A stretch of 64,000 nt of DNA from Octopus vulgaris. Lineage: Eukaryota. The stretch spans positions 51,274,001-51,338,000 of the forward strand of contig OX597829.1 of assembly GCA_951406725.2 (NCBI GenBank), in the 5' to 3' direction. The notes under the pieces were generated by a model. It was not told the DNA's origin and searched no databases. It saw only the letters and a program-made list of their open reading frames with translations. This document shows, in pieces, positions 52,004 through 64,000 of the stretch (the first letter of the stretch is position 1; each line of letters starts with the position of its first letter). Both the position numbers and the translations under genes were made by a program.

Positions 52004-53060
52004 CAAGCTGGTATCAAACAGTTCCTGGACTAGTTATGTTTAATAAAAAAAAATAACTTATTTACCAAAGTTTTAGCATCATCATCTTTGAAATAGTCAC
52101 CTTGCACAGCAATACACCTGTCCTAAGGTTCCTGCCACTTTTGGAATCTGGCCTGGAAGTTATTTTCCTTAAATGAGTCAAAGACCTTCTGTGATTCACT
52201 CTTGATCTCAACAACAGTGCTAAGACAGTGACCTTTGAGCTGTATTTTGATCTTGAGGAAGAGATGGAACTCTGCAGGCGCTAAATCTGGGAAATATGAT
52301 GGGTGTGGAAACGACACCGTGTTTTTTGGTGAGAAACTCACAAGTGAGGAGAATTTGGTGACAGGGTCCATTGTCATCGTAAAGAAGCCAATTCTTCACG
52401 CTCCACAGATCCAGTTACTTTTGCCAAACACTTTCCCTCAAATGCTTCAAAACATCATCGATTGTCCTCCGACGATTCTCGTGCACAAGCTGATGAATTA
52501 TCTCTACATTTCCAGGAGTGGCGCTTCTGGCAGGTCTTCCAGATCGCTTTTCATCTTCCACATTTTGAAGTGCCTGTGTCACTCAAAACATTGCACATGA
52601 CCCACTTCCTAAGTTTAACCCTTTAGTATTTAAACCGGCCAAAATATTTAATCTGTTTTATGTTCAAACTGACCAGATCCAGGCTCTCACACCTACCCTA
52701 CAATGTCATTCTACATTAAGTAATTACACCATCAAGATCTTGAAGATATGAGATAATGCATGATTCATTCAAATCAATGGGAATCAATAAGTATTATGTT
52801 TGATAGAATAATCTGAACACTAAAGGGTTAATGCAAAATTTCATGTTGGCTCTTTGTTCCAACTTCCCCTCCATGACAAAATCTCAGACTAAAGCATACA
52901 CGTGATCACAAATTTCACAACTAGTGAAGTAAACACAGCAATGTCACTCAGTACACTACCCCATGAAGATCACTGCTAGCTCTCACTGTGCATGCAACAA
53001 TGTGCTGCCACCTATTTGTGCACTGCAGAACTAGTCCAGGGACTTTTCGATACCACCTTG
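52004..53060 (-). mobile_element. Mariner-family transposon relic with a nested TTAA MITE (52615-52832)
   Basis: About 30-bp TIRs caagctggtatcaaacagttcctggactag / ctagtccagggacttttcgataccaccttg with TA TSD; HPSYFPDLAPAEFHLF matches the mariner HPPYSPDLAPxDFHLF motif. Confidence 0.88.
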
Positions 53061-53755
53061 TATATGTCCATAACTTGTCATTGCTCAACTGCCAACGATC
53101 TGCTCAACCATATAGAATATATAATGGATTCTATTGGTGTTACTACTTAGTCAAAGTATTCACATGATCCAATCTGACCAATGGTGATGCAAATATTCTC
53201 ACCTAGAAGCCATTTTAAAATTTCTTTTAGATTATCTTCTGTCTGCCTCCATAAATTTAATATGGAATATATTTTGAGTCTATGAAACTTTGACTAATTT
53301 GGAGGTATGAAATAAAACTACAACTAAATGTAAAGTGCTACATTCACATGTCACCTTCTCATATGTGTATGCAAGCATGTATATATGTATATGTATGTAT
53401 ACACTCTTAGAGTGGTTGGCGTGTTAGGAAGGGCATCCAGCCATAGAAGCTGAGCCAAATCAGACTGGAGCCTTGCATAGCTCTCTGGCTCATCAGCTCC
53501 AGTCAAATCATCTAACCCATGCCAGCATGGAAAATAGACACTAAATGATGATGATGATATGAGTGTGTGTGGGCGTAGGAGAGGCTGTGTGGTAAGTAGC
53601 TTGCTTACCAACCACACGGTTCCGGGTTCAGTCCCACTGCATGGCACCTTAGGCAAGTGTCTTCTACTTTAGCCTCGGGCTAACCAAAGCCTTGTTAGTG
53701 GATTTGGTAGATGGAAACTGAAAGAATCCCGTCGTGTGTGTGTATATATATATAT

Positions 53756-54000
53756 TATTGATAAAAACGGTAACACAACAGAAGAATGAAAGAGACATCA
53801 ATATTATGTAAATAGAGGAATTTATCTGCAAATATAAATATATGTGACAATTATTCGGTAGCCATGATAAAACTCTGAGTTTCGGATGCCGAGGTGGAAA
53901 TCCACGCCACCATCTCTTCAGTTATCTGGCCATCACGGCATCCGAAACTTGCAGTTTTATCATGGCTACCGAATAATTGTCACACATTACATTTACAGAT
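53756..54000. mobile_element. Second Penelope-like fold-back family inserted in (TA)n
   Basis: Imperfect arms at about 53824-53891 and 53936-54000, plus a left tail; contains a hammerhead motif. Confidence 0.65.
53861..53930 (-). ncRNA. Type-I hammerhead ribozyme-like motif
   Basis: Minus strand: gccagataa-CTGAAGA-gatg...catc c-GAAAC-tcaga-GTT-ttatcatggc; canonical CUGANGA/GAAA/UH core with paired stem I. Confidence 0.68.
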
Positions 54001-54729
54001 ATATATGTGTGTGTGTGTATGTTTGTGTGTCTGTGTTTGTCCCCCCAACATTGCTTGACAACTGATGCTAGTGTGTTTAAGTCCCCCGTAACTTAGCGGT
54101 TCGGCAAAATTGACCGATAGAATAAGTACTAGGCTTACAAAGAATAAGTCCTAGGGTGAATTTGCTCAACTAAAGGCTGTGCTCCAGCATGTCCATAGTG
54201 TGTGTATGTATTTTCATATATTTATATATATAAATGTATTCGTAATAACAAAGGGTAAAATTAATTAAGAAGTAATCAATAATTTCACCAAGTAGAATTT
54301 GACATGAAAAAAGGACTATTTCACAGTAAACTTAAGTAGCTTGAACCCTAATTATTAAGTATATGTATTCATAGATAGATATAGCATTCTGTATATCTTA
54401 CTTCACATGCATATACTGTTGAAAGTCACAAAACTGCAGTATTTATCTTGAGAAACTATTCTGTATTAATGTATAGTGCTAAAAAGCACAGAAGTGTATC
54501 AGTGGCAGATGAAAGGTGACCAAATCACTAAATAGGTGGTGAATTGGGTGAAAATTTCTTATTAGTGATAGAAGTATTAGTTTAAAATAGCAATCTGTAT
54601 ATCATACTTAACATAGATATACAACTGTACAAAGCCACACAACTGTAATATTCATCTCAAGAAAGCATCTTGATGCATAGTACTGAAAGCACCGTGTGAT
54701 ATCAGTAGCAAATATATATGTAAGTGTGT

Positions 54730-55495
54730 GTGTGTGTTCCATATATAGAAATGTAGGTGGAAATTCCAGATGGTGTACTCAATGCAGACTACGGACACAC
54801 AAGAGGCACAGTGGAATCACAAGAAGGTTAACAGAGAAAGGCTTTGTGTATTGCAGGTGCACAGACGCAATAAACATGGAGATTAAATTCTTCTGGAATT
54901 CCCAGAAGGATCCTTTGAGATAGTAAATAGTTTCAGTTACCTAGGAAACCTAATTAATAGTAGAGTGAATGTTCTGAAAGTTTAGTTGCTAGAATATGAA
55001 CAGTACGAAGAACATTCAGAGAACTTTTACCTCTGTTGATGACAAACGGTCTCTCTCTCTTTCTCTCTCTCTCAGAGTGAAAAGCAGATTGTATGGTGCC
55101 GTTGTATGAACAGCTATGCTACGTAGTAGTGGAATATGAGCTGTGAATGCAGGGGACATTTGAAGAGTAAAAAGAAATGGAGTTAGTAACCTCTAACGGA
55201 TGTGTAAACATCACTGCATGTGTACAACAAAACACAAATGTTTTGTGAGGAAAATTGGGTGTAAGAGGCATCAGATGAAATGTGCAGAAGAGAAGACTGC
55301 ATTGATAAGGTCGTGTGCATGAAATAAACTACATAAATAATTGTGGTTCCATCTACATTTAGTGATCAGATAACCGTGGATGGAACCTGTAAAAGAGGAG
55401 ACCCAGGAAGATATATTGGATTGTGCCATGAATATCAACCTGAAGATATTAATCCTCACAGAAGATATGAGAAAGGACTGAGATGATGCACAATA
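54730..55495 (+). mobile_element. Highly degenerate RTE-like LINE 3' region
   Basis: Fragments resembling EIVNSFSYLG, SLRVKSRLYGAVV.TAML and RGDPGR; many stops. Confidence 0.55.
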
Positions 55496-57844
55496 GCTTG
55501 AGCAAGTGTTTTCTTCTTATAGCCCCAAGTAAACCAATGCTTTGTGAGTGAATTTGAAAAGACGGAAACTGTGTAAGTTTGTTGTGTGTGGGGGGGATGT
55601 GTGCCTGTGTTTTTTGTGTCCCTGTAATATTATGTTGCAGTGCACTTACCCTTCCGCACTTACGAGAGGAAAAAGGCTTGGGAATTTTATTATGAGAAGC
55701 TGTTCATCGTCACCATCATTTAGCATCCGTTTTCCATGCTAGCATGGGTTGGACGGTTCAACTGGGGTCTGGGAAGCCAGAAGGCTGCACCAGGCTCCAG
55801 TCTGATCTGGCAATGTTTCTACAGCTGGATGCCCTTCCTAACGCCAACCACTCCATGAGTGTAGTGGGTGCTTTTTACGTGCCAGCAGCACGGGGGCCAG
55901 GAGCATGTAAAATATGTAGGAAGAAGAATGATCCGAAGTGTAGCCAACAGAGGGATTGGCTTTTGAAGTGTACAGTTATACGGTGAAAATGACCACTAAA
56001 AACATGAAAATGGGGAAAGTAGTAGGAATATATCTGCTAAATTAGGGCTCAAGCTAGTTACCTATATGAACAACCAGATAATATAGGGAGGTGCCATACC
56101 AATGACAGGTATAGGAATATAATCATTCACTGCCACAAAGGTGCAAAGAAAATGCTTTAAAGAGAAACAACACATCAAATTGATGTTGACTGGTTATGAA
56201 AGTTATAGAAAGAGTATGAGGAGAATTCATTAGGGAGGGAATCAGTTTAGATGAAATGAAGTTCAAATTTGATGCTCTTTTCATAGTGATAGGAATTTCT
56301 AGCCAGGAACAAACCCCTCTATTAAACATTTGTTGATCTGAAGAAGGTCTTTGGCAAGGTACCACAGTCTGTGGTCTGGTTGCTTTTAATAAAACTAGGT
56401 GTAGAAGAATGATTTATGAGCAATGCATATGAATGGCATCAACAAATTGAGAGTCAGAAATAATTTCAGTGAGGAATTTAATATACGGGTTGGTGTTCAA
56501 TGAGGTTTGGTTCTCAGCTCATTCCAATTTATAATAGTTCTCCAAGACAGGATATTCTAGTGGAAGAGGAAGATATGGGTATATGTAGTAAAAGATGATC
56601 TCAGGATGTTGAATTTCACAAAGATGATGAAAGAACTCGACAAAATCTTTTTTCAACTTTAGGCCCACTTTGGTAAGGCACAACTTTTTTCAACTTTAGG
56701 CACAAGGCCTGAAATTTGGTGAGAGGGAGCCAGTCGAATAGATCGACTCCAGTACACCAACAAGTGCTATTGACCCTGAAAGAATGAAAGGCAAAGTCAC
56801 CCTCGGCAGAATTTGAACTCGGAACGTAGTGATGGGCGAAATACTGCTAAGCATTTCGCCCAGCATGCTAACGATTCTGCCAGCTTGCCACCTTAGAACT
56901 CCACAAATAATAAACAGTGACATGCTATATTAGAAAGCATCAAGAATTGCATGTAATGCGAGATGGCAGAAACGTTGGCACACCAGGCAAGATGCTTAGC
57001 AGTATTTTGTCTGCCATTATGTTCTGAGTTCAAATTCCGCCGAGAAGAACAGATGCTACTGCTATTTTAACCCCAAGAGGATGTCTACACTAGCTGGTTA
57101 TTTAGTGTGATTCACACTCGATATATATATATATTGCAAGCAGGGAGAGAACTCCCTAATATTCAAACCCTGAGACCACCAGAACACATGGTTTTGACCT
57201 TATTATGGTCATCCTCAGTGATGGATATTCATCTGCTAGACACAACAGTAGTTCATGCCCAGCTTGCAATATATAGAAAAAAAGTGACACACAGATCACT
57301 GATCTTGCTACAAGTAAATTAGCTCGTTAAGAAAATCTCTATCAGAGATGAAAGCAGTATTTTTATACTGAGAAGTAATGTGTATCACTACCAAAATACA
57401 AGTGTTCTTTGAAGAACAGATAATACTGCTATTTTGATGTATAATGACACAGAAATCTAAATTAACTTTTGCACCACTACTAGATACTTTTCATCTGCTT
57501 CTGATACACATCTTTGCTATTTAGCACTACACATCTATAGAAGCTTTCTCAAGATTAATACAGCAGTTCTGTGATTTTCTATAATATATCTACATTAAGT
57601 AAGATATACAGAATGCAATTCTGAACTAACACTGCTTCCCTTGCCAATTTATAAATGTTTACCCAGTCCACCAACCATTTGTAATTCCAGTAACTTGTTA
57701 ATCACTGTTTTTTCCATATCAATGGAAGCTAGATTTGTCTAAGCATCCAGTTGATACAAGATACTTGCTACTGATGATGCAACAAAGAAACAGAAAACTG
57801 GACTTAGCAATCTCACTGCCATTGTTGGCCACTTTTCATCTGCT

Positions 57845-58215
57845 ATTATTACACACATGTGAGTGAGAACACTTTGAGATATTTTTGGTATCTAACATAT
57901 GTCAGATACTGCGAGCGCTGCTTCTGATTGGTCAATCCATGGTGATGACCCGAGGTCACGGTGACAGCGCTGCTTCTGATTGGTCAATCCATGGAGATGA
58001 CTTGAGGTCACGGTGACGGCACTACTTTTGTCATTCATAAGTTACAACTAAACGTGAAGAATTTAGTTATTGGGTTAATAAAATATGGTCGTTTATTCGT
58101 GTGTAATAAATAAAATACCAAACTCATTCCCTATGGATACCGTATTTATTACAAGCCACGAGTTGTAATAAATATGGTATCCATAGGGAATGAGTTTGGT
58201 ATTTTCTATCTAATA
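57845..58215 (-). mobile_element. 371-bp hairpin-ended element (copy 2)
   Basis: Reverse complement of 28456-28826, same length. Confidence 0.75.
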
Positions 58216-58658
58216 AACTTGTGTGCTTTTTTAGCACTATACAAGAACCTTTCTCAAGACAAATATTGCAGTTTTGTGGCTTTCTCACAGTATATACAGA
58301 ATGATATATATATATATATATGTGAAGGTGTATTGCTTAGTGGTTGGTACATTCAGCTCACAATCATAAGGTCATGAGTTCAATTGCCAGTGATGTGTTG
58401 TGTCCTTGAGGAAGACTTTATTTCACGTTGCTCCAGTCCACTCAGCTGGCAAAAATGAGTAAGTACCTGTATTGTAAAGGACCACCCTTGTTACACTAAA
58501 TCTCCCCGAGAACTAGGGTACACATGTCCATGGAGTACTCAAACATGTCATGAGCAGGCTGTTCCGTTGATCATATCAGCTGTGACCCTCGTTATCGTAA
58601 CTGACGAAGTGCTCCTACATATATATACACATGTATGTACAAATATATACATATATAT

Positions 58659-59030
58659 AGGCGCAGGAGTGGCTGTGTGGTAAGTAGCTTGCTAACCAAC
58701 CACATGGCTCCGGGTTCAGTTCCACTGCGTGGCATCTTGGGCAAATGTCTTCTGCTATAGCCCCGGGCCAACCAATGCCTTGTGAGTGGATTTGGTAGAC
58801 GGAAACTGAAAGAAGCCTGTCGTATATATGTATGTGTTTGTCCCCCTAGCATTGCTTGACAACCGATGCTGGTGTGTTTACATCCCCATCACTTAGCGGT
58901 TCGGCGAAAGAGACCGATAGAATAAGAACTGGGCTTACAAAAGAATAAGTCCTGGGGTCGATTTGCTCGACTAAAGGCGATGCTCCAGCATGGCCGCAAA
59001 TAACTAAAACAAGTAAAAGAGTAAAAGAGA
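58659..59030 (+). mobile_element. SINE family A, full length
   Basis: High identity to the other copies. Confidence 0.82.
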
Positions 59031-60616
59031 ATATACATATATACATGTATGTATATACGTTTATACATGTATGTATATATATATACACACCATAGTAATT
59101 AGCTGTTCAAACAGACAATGATAGGAATATACACGTTATGCTTGATTGTGAATTTATATCTTAGTCTTGTTTATTTGGGTTATCATTCATTCTTGTGAAG
59201 TGGAAAGTGTCTTTGAGGCCCACTTTGGTATTGTGGTATTGTTTGGTTTTTCTTCATAAGGCTACAATGCTTAGATATTGGTGTCCAGTTTTGGGAAGTT
59301 CTCTGGCATTGGTGCAAGTGTGTGAAACATTTCTGAATACTGTCCACTACATGAAATCACAACTGGTCTTTTTACAAATCTTTATTAAATTCAATGCCAC
59401 CACCCTGCATAAAAAAAACAAACAAACAAACATATCAAAATGAAAAAAATAACAAAACAAACAATAACAATCTTTGTTAAAATATTTCTTTATTTCTCCC
59501 ATGATCCCCTGCTCTAGTATGCTGATGACAAACATACTAGTATCAGCATCCAAGGCACTAAGTGTGTTGCAGACCAAAAATGTACAGTTTAGAGGAGGAG
59601 GAGAGGAGAGGAGAGAGAGAAAAAATTTTTTTTATATTATACATATATACATATATATATATAATAAAAGCAACAGTAAAAATGATAGACTACAAACCCA
59701 ACAGAACGTGAACAATATTTTTCTTGATTGAGTCATATCAGTATGAAATGAAAAATGAACAGAAAAAAAAAAAACAAGAAAAAAAGATTCAATCTCTTCC
59801 TCTCTCTCCTAAACAAAGCAACACTTGTTTACATCAGTAATAAATAGAATCATTTGTATTTATATATATATATATATGTGTGTATATATATATATATGTA
59901 TTTGTATTTATGTACTGTCATCCACATATGGATAATCATTTACTCTTATCTAGTTCAGTAATCCTGCTTAATACAGCAGTATTGGGTTGTTGTTGGTTTT
60001 TTTTTTTTTTTTTGTTATTAAAAAAAAAAAAAAAAAAAAATCACAATACATTTACCGGTGTTTGAAAATTTTATATTATCATATATAGGTTTAACATTTT
60101 ACATAAATTTTTTAAAATAATTTTTTTCCACCCTTCTTTTTGATAAACTAAAAATTCAATAACTTTCAATTGAAAGAAGAAAAAAAAAAAAGTCCCAAAT
60201 GCTATAATTTCAAATAAAATACTTGCAATTATAATAATAACAAAAAGAAACAAGATTACTTTAATATTTAACGAAGATTTTGCAAGTTCTTCTTTATCTG
60301 CCCTACTATATACTAACTATGTAGAACCCAAATTATTTCAGAATGTAAAAAGAAAACTAGCAGCAGAAATCATAGTGTTGGTGTTGGTGGTGGTGAGGCA
60401 GTGAAGGAGGCTTTGCAGCGTTGCTTAATCTGCTCATAACAACAACCAAATCTTTCTCTACAAACTTTACATATCAGATGAATATGAGCCAATAAAGAAG
60501 TCTTTATATGTTCTTCTTTGACTTGCTAAAAACTAGCAGCCAAATCTCCTTCAAAGTTCAACCTTTACTTAAAAATTAGATAAATCTGTTATTATATATA
60601 TATATATATATATATA

Positions 60617-60782
60617 CTTTATTTAAAGCAGCAGAAAATTCAACAAAACCTGGCAACGGGAAACTCAGAGTAACAGGTTTTGTTGAATTTTCTGCTGCTT
60701 TAAATAAAGCATATTACTCTACCACTGGTATTTGAGTACTCTTTTTTCCACCTTGTTTCATATTTATGTGTTTACTCTGGTA
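60617..60782. mobile_element. Penelope-like fold-back copy with deleted hairpin centre, in (TA)n
   Basis: Near-identical to 43510-43742 (reverse orientation) but lacks the central segment. Confidence 0.72.
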
Positions 60783-62212
60783 TATATATATGCCAGAAAA
60801 GACAAGATAGTTGCTACTGGGAAAGCTGGTGAAAAAGTGACACAGGAAATCAAACATACAGATCCGCAGGTTACACCTTAATATTCAGCTGACTTCGTAT
60901 GCAATCACAAACTGACCTGGGGACCCACACAACAACTAGAAGACATCCTTCTCACAAGAGAATTCAATGATGTGCCTGGTCTGTGTGTCCCCTTAACCCT
61001 CTATCATTTGACCTGGCCATATCCATCTCAGATACTCTGTTCTATGCTCAAACAAGCCAGATCAGGCCTTTCACACCTACCCTAAAATGTCGTTCTAAAA
61101 CTAAAACAATCACATCATCAAAATCTCAAAGCTATGAGATAATCCTTGATTAATTGAAAAGAATGTGAATAAGTAAATAAGCATTGCATTTAACAGAATA
61201 ATCTGAATGCTCAACAGTTGGTCTACTAGCTATCTTATACGCCGTAAGTTCTAATGAGGAGCTACCAAACTGAATTTACCAGTAACATTTTGATATTTTA
61301 GATATTTACTCGTTAAATGCTTTTAAGTTATAAAAACAAAACTGTTACTGCTGTTCAGTGGAAGATAGAAAATTATTATTCAAAACTAAACTAAAACTCC
61401 AGTCAACATGAATTGCTGTAATGTTACCCCTGTGTCACTCACAAAACTATACACTTAGCAATTAAATTGGGTTTTAAAAAATTCAAACACTACTGAAATT
61501 TGGTCTATTTATTTTAGAAACTTGAGATTTAAAAAAAAAATATATCTTTCAAATTTCATAAATAATATAGCAATGCAATTTTTTTTTTCTCTCTCTAAAG
61601 CAAACTGTAACATTTCTGATATAATTAATAATGTATACATCTGTGAAAGAAAAAAAAAATTTTTTTTCAATTCTACTATGAAAATAACAGGAAGCAAAAT
61701 TATGATATATATATATATATATATATAATATATAAAGTATACTGTTAATCTATTTTCCCCACAAATAACACAGTCATTTCAAGGAAATCAAAAGATTTTT
61801 CTAGATTATTTTTGAAAAAAAAATGTAGAAAAATTTTTACTATCAAAGGAAAAAAATAACTATGGCAACATTGTTTATCAAAAGAGTTAAATAAAATGAT
61901 GAAATTTTTGATAATTGTTAGTTTTGATATTCCTTAAGCTTAAATATCTGTTTTGTTTTATTTTGCATTATATTATTTTCTTTTCCAGTTAAATATTGAG
62001 ATATCTCTCTCAAACACACACACACAGACTAAATAAGATATGAAGCCATTACTGAATAGTGTGTCTAACAGAGACAACATTGCCTTATGTTATTTTTATT
62101 ATTATTATCTACATCTATTTCAGTGGTAATCCATCAATTCAACACAACATACTTCATATTTATCACTGAAACAACTGTAATGTGATGACTTCATTGCTTA
62201 AAAATGTCCAAT

Positions 62213-62490
<278 letters not shown>

Positions 62491-63671
62491 AAAGGTAATG
62501 AAAGTACTTAGATCAGTTTCTACATTATGTATTGAATATGGTTTAATTAAATAGTTTAATCAAAAAAGTTTTTTAAAAAATTAAATAAATTACATGGCAT
62601 ACATGTTCAAAGAAACTCAGAACAGATTTAAAGTTAAAAAAAGAAAAGAGTTTGACCAAGCTGATCCATGTTGAAGGAAAAAAAAAAAAACAAATTTTAA
62701 AAAAACTGCAAATCATAACCTTTTGATATTTAAAAAGAAATAAGACTTTAATAAGTTTTTTAATTTAAAGACATAATAATGCCATAATGAAATGTTTTGC
62801 CAAGTAACACACACAATTAAGCAAACTCAACATTTATTTATGACACCAACAAGAATGTGAAATGAAATGTTCAGAATAAATAATTTACAAAGTAAAATAT
62901 ATAAAAAAAAAAACTGTTCGACAGCCAGATTTTGAGAGAGAGAGAGAGAGAGATTGTTTAATTCTATTTGCAAATGTTTGGAAAAGAAATGCTTTTTGTT
63001 TAACCACTCATTCCCTTCTCTTACTAAAAATGTAATGCAACTTCACTGCAAGTTTCAAGATTCTTTCAAATTAAAATTAGGGGAGGGGGGAGAAGAGAGT
63101 GAGAGAGATGAGGAAGTGTATAAGGAAGAATACAGTCTTTAGTAAAATAAATCTTGAAAAATACAATATATGAAAAGCTGGAATCATTAAACTTTTGTAC
63201 AAGAATACCTCCTTACATTGCAACAGTATGTAAATGAATTATAATTAGTATGGTTCTGGTTAATCACCATTTTAAAATAATTGTTACAATTATATACATA
63301 CATACACACAAACACAATATCATATACCATTGATATTAGGATGTGTTAAGTGTTAATTAAACCTTTGTTTACTTGCAATAATATGCTTTGATAAACACCT
63401 TTTGTAGCGGCTGAATTAACTGATTTATCCAAGAACAGGAAAAGAATTGGCAGGAATACAGGATCTTGTCTCCTAGACGTCGCACAAATAATAATAATAA
63501 TAATAATAATAATGGTCTTAAATGTTGGCAAAAGACCAGCAATTTCAGGGAATTGGGTAAGTTGATTACATTGACCCCAGCATTCAACTGGTACTTTATT
63601 TCATCAACCTCGAAAGGATGAAAGGCAAAGTCAACCCTGGCAAACACAGTTAATCCTGCCAGTTCACCACC

Positions 63672-64000
63672 TTAACCCTTTTGTTACTGTATTTATTTTG
63701 AGATGCTCTGTGTTTCTTTCAATTAATTTTAAATATAACAAAGAATTTAGTAAAATAACTTGATTATCATTAAGCTAGTGTTAGGAACATAAATTGTAAC
63801 TAAGGTTTGGTGAAAGATTTTAATTCAAAACTTATGAAAACAAGTCATTTATACTACAGAGCCAGAGGTGGTTTCAGGTAGGTTGGTAACGAAAGGGTTA
63901 AGAATTGTTTCTCTATTTTTTAAATATAACAAAGAATTTAGTAAAATAACTTGGTTATCATTAAGCTAGTGTTAGGAACATAAATTGTGACTAAGGTTTG
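63672..64000. mobile_element. Tandem TTAA-type MITEs (runs off the window)
   Basis: ttaacccttttgttac ... gtaacgaaagggttaa followed by a second partial unit. Confidence 0.72.

Larger units (their letters stand above)
53571..54197 (+). mobile_element. SINE family A interrupted by a fold-back element in its TA tract
   Basis: SINE halves at 53571-53755 and 54000-54197. Confidence 0.75.

Noticed and set aside
57300-57845. Possible minus-strand exon of a neighbouring gene
   Set aside because: No sustained reading frame or recognisable motif

Overview
AT-rich, repeat-dense eukaryotic DNA. The SINE, RTE-LINE and MITE repertoire looks like a coleoid cephalopod, probably Octopus (inferred from repeat style, not proven). 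One spliced protein-coding gene occupies about 5.6-38.4 kb on the + strand. I traced 16 GT-AG exons with consistent phase (about 1550 codons; the 5' exons were not found in the window). They encode a polyQ-rich C2H2 zinc-finger / ELM2 / SANT protein of the TRERF1-ZNF541-MIDEAS family (HDAC1/2 co-repressor scaffold). Most other ORFs in the track are repeat or microsatellite artefacts. Introns and the downstream region hold tRNA-headed SINEs, RTE/CR1 LINE fragments, Tc1 and mariner relics, TTAA and hAT MITEs, a non-autonomous Helitron and micro/minisatellites. The most interesting non-genic signals are three. (1) Fold-back elements inserted in (TA)n tracts that carry minimal hammerhead-ribozyme motifs (Penelope-like; at least two families). 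(2) A 371-bp element present twice whose terminal-hairpin 8-bp loop occurs in both orientations (flip/flop). (3) A near-perfect 254-bp hairpin about 100 nt upstream of a zinc-finger exon.
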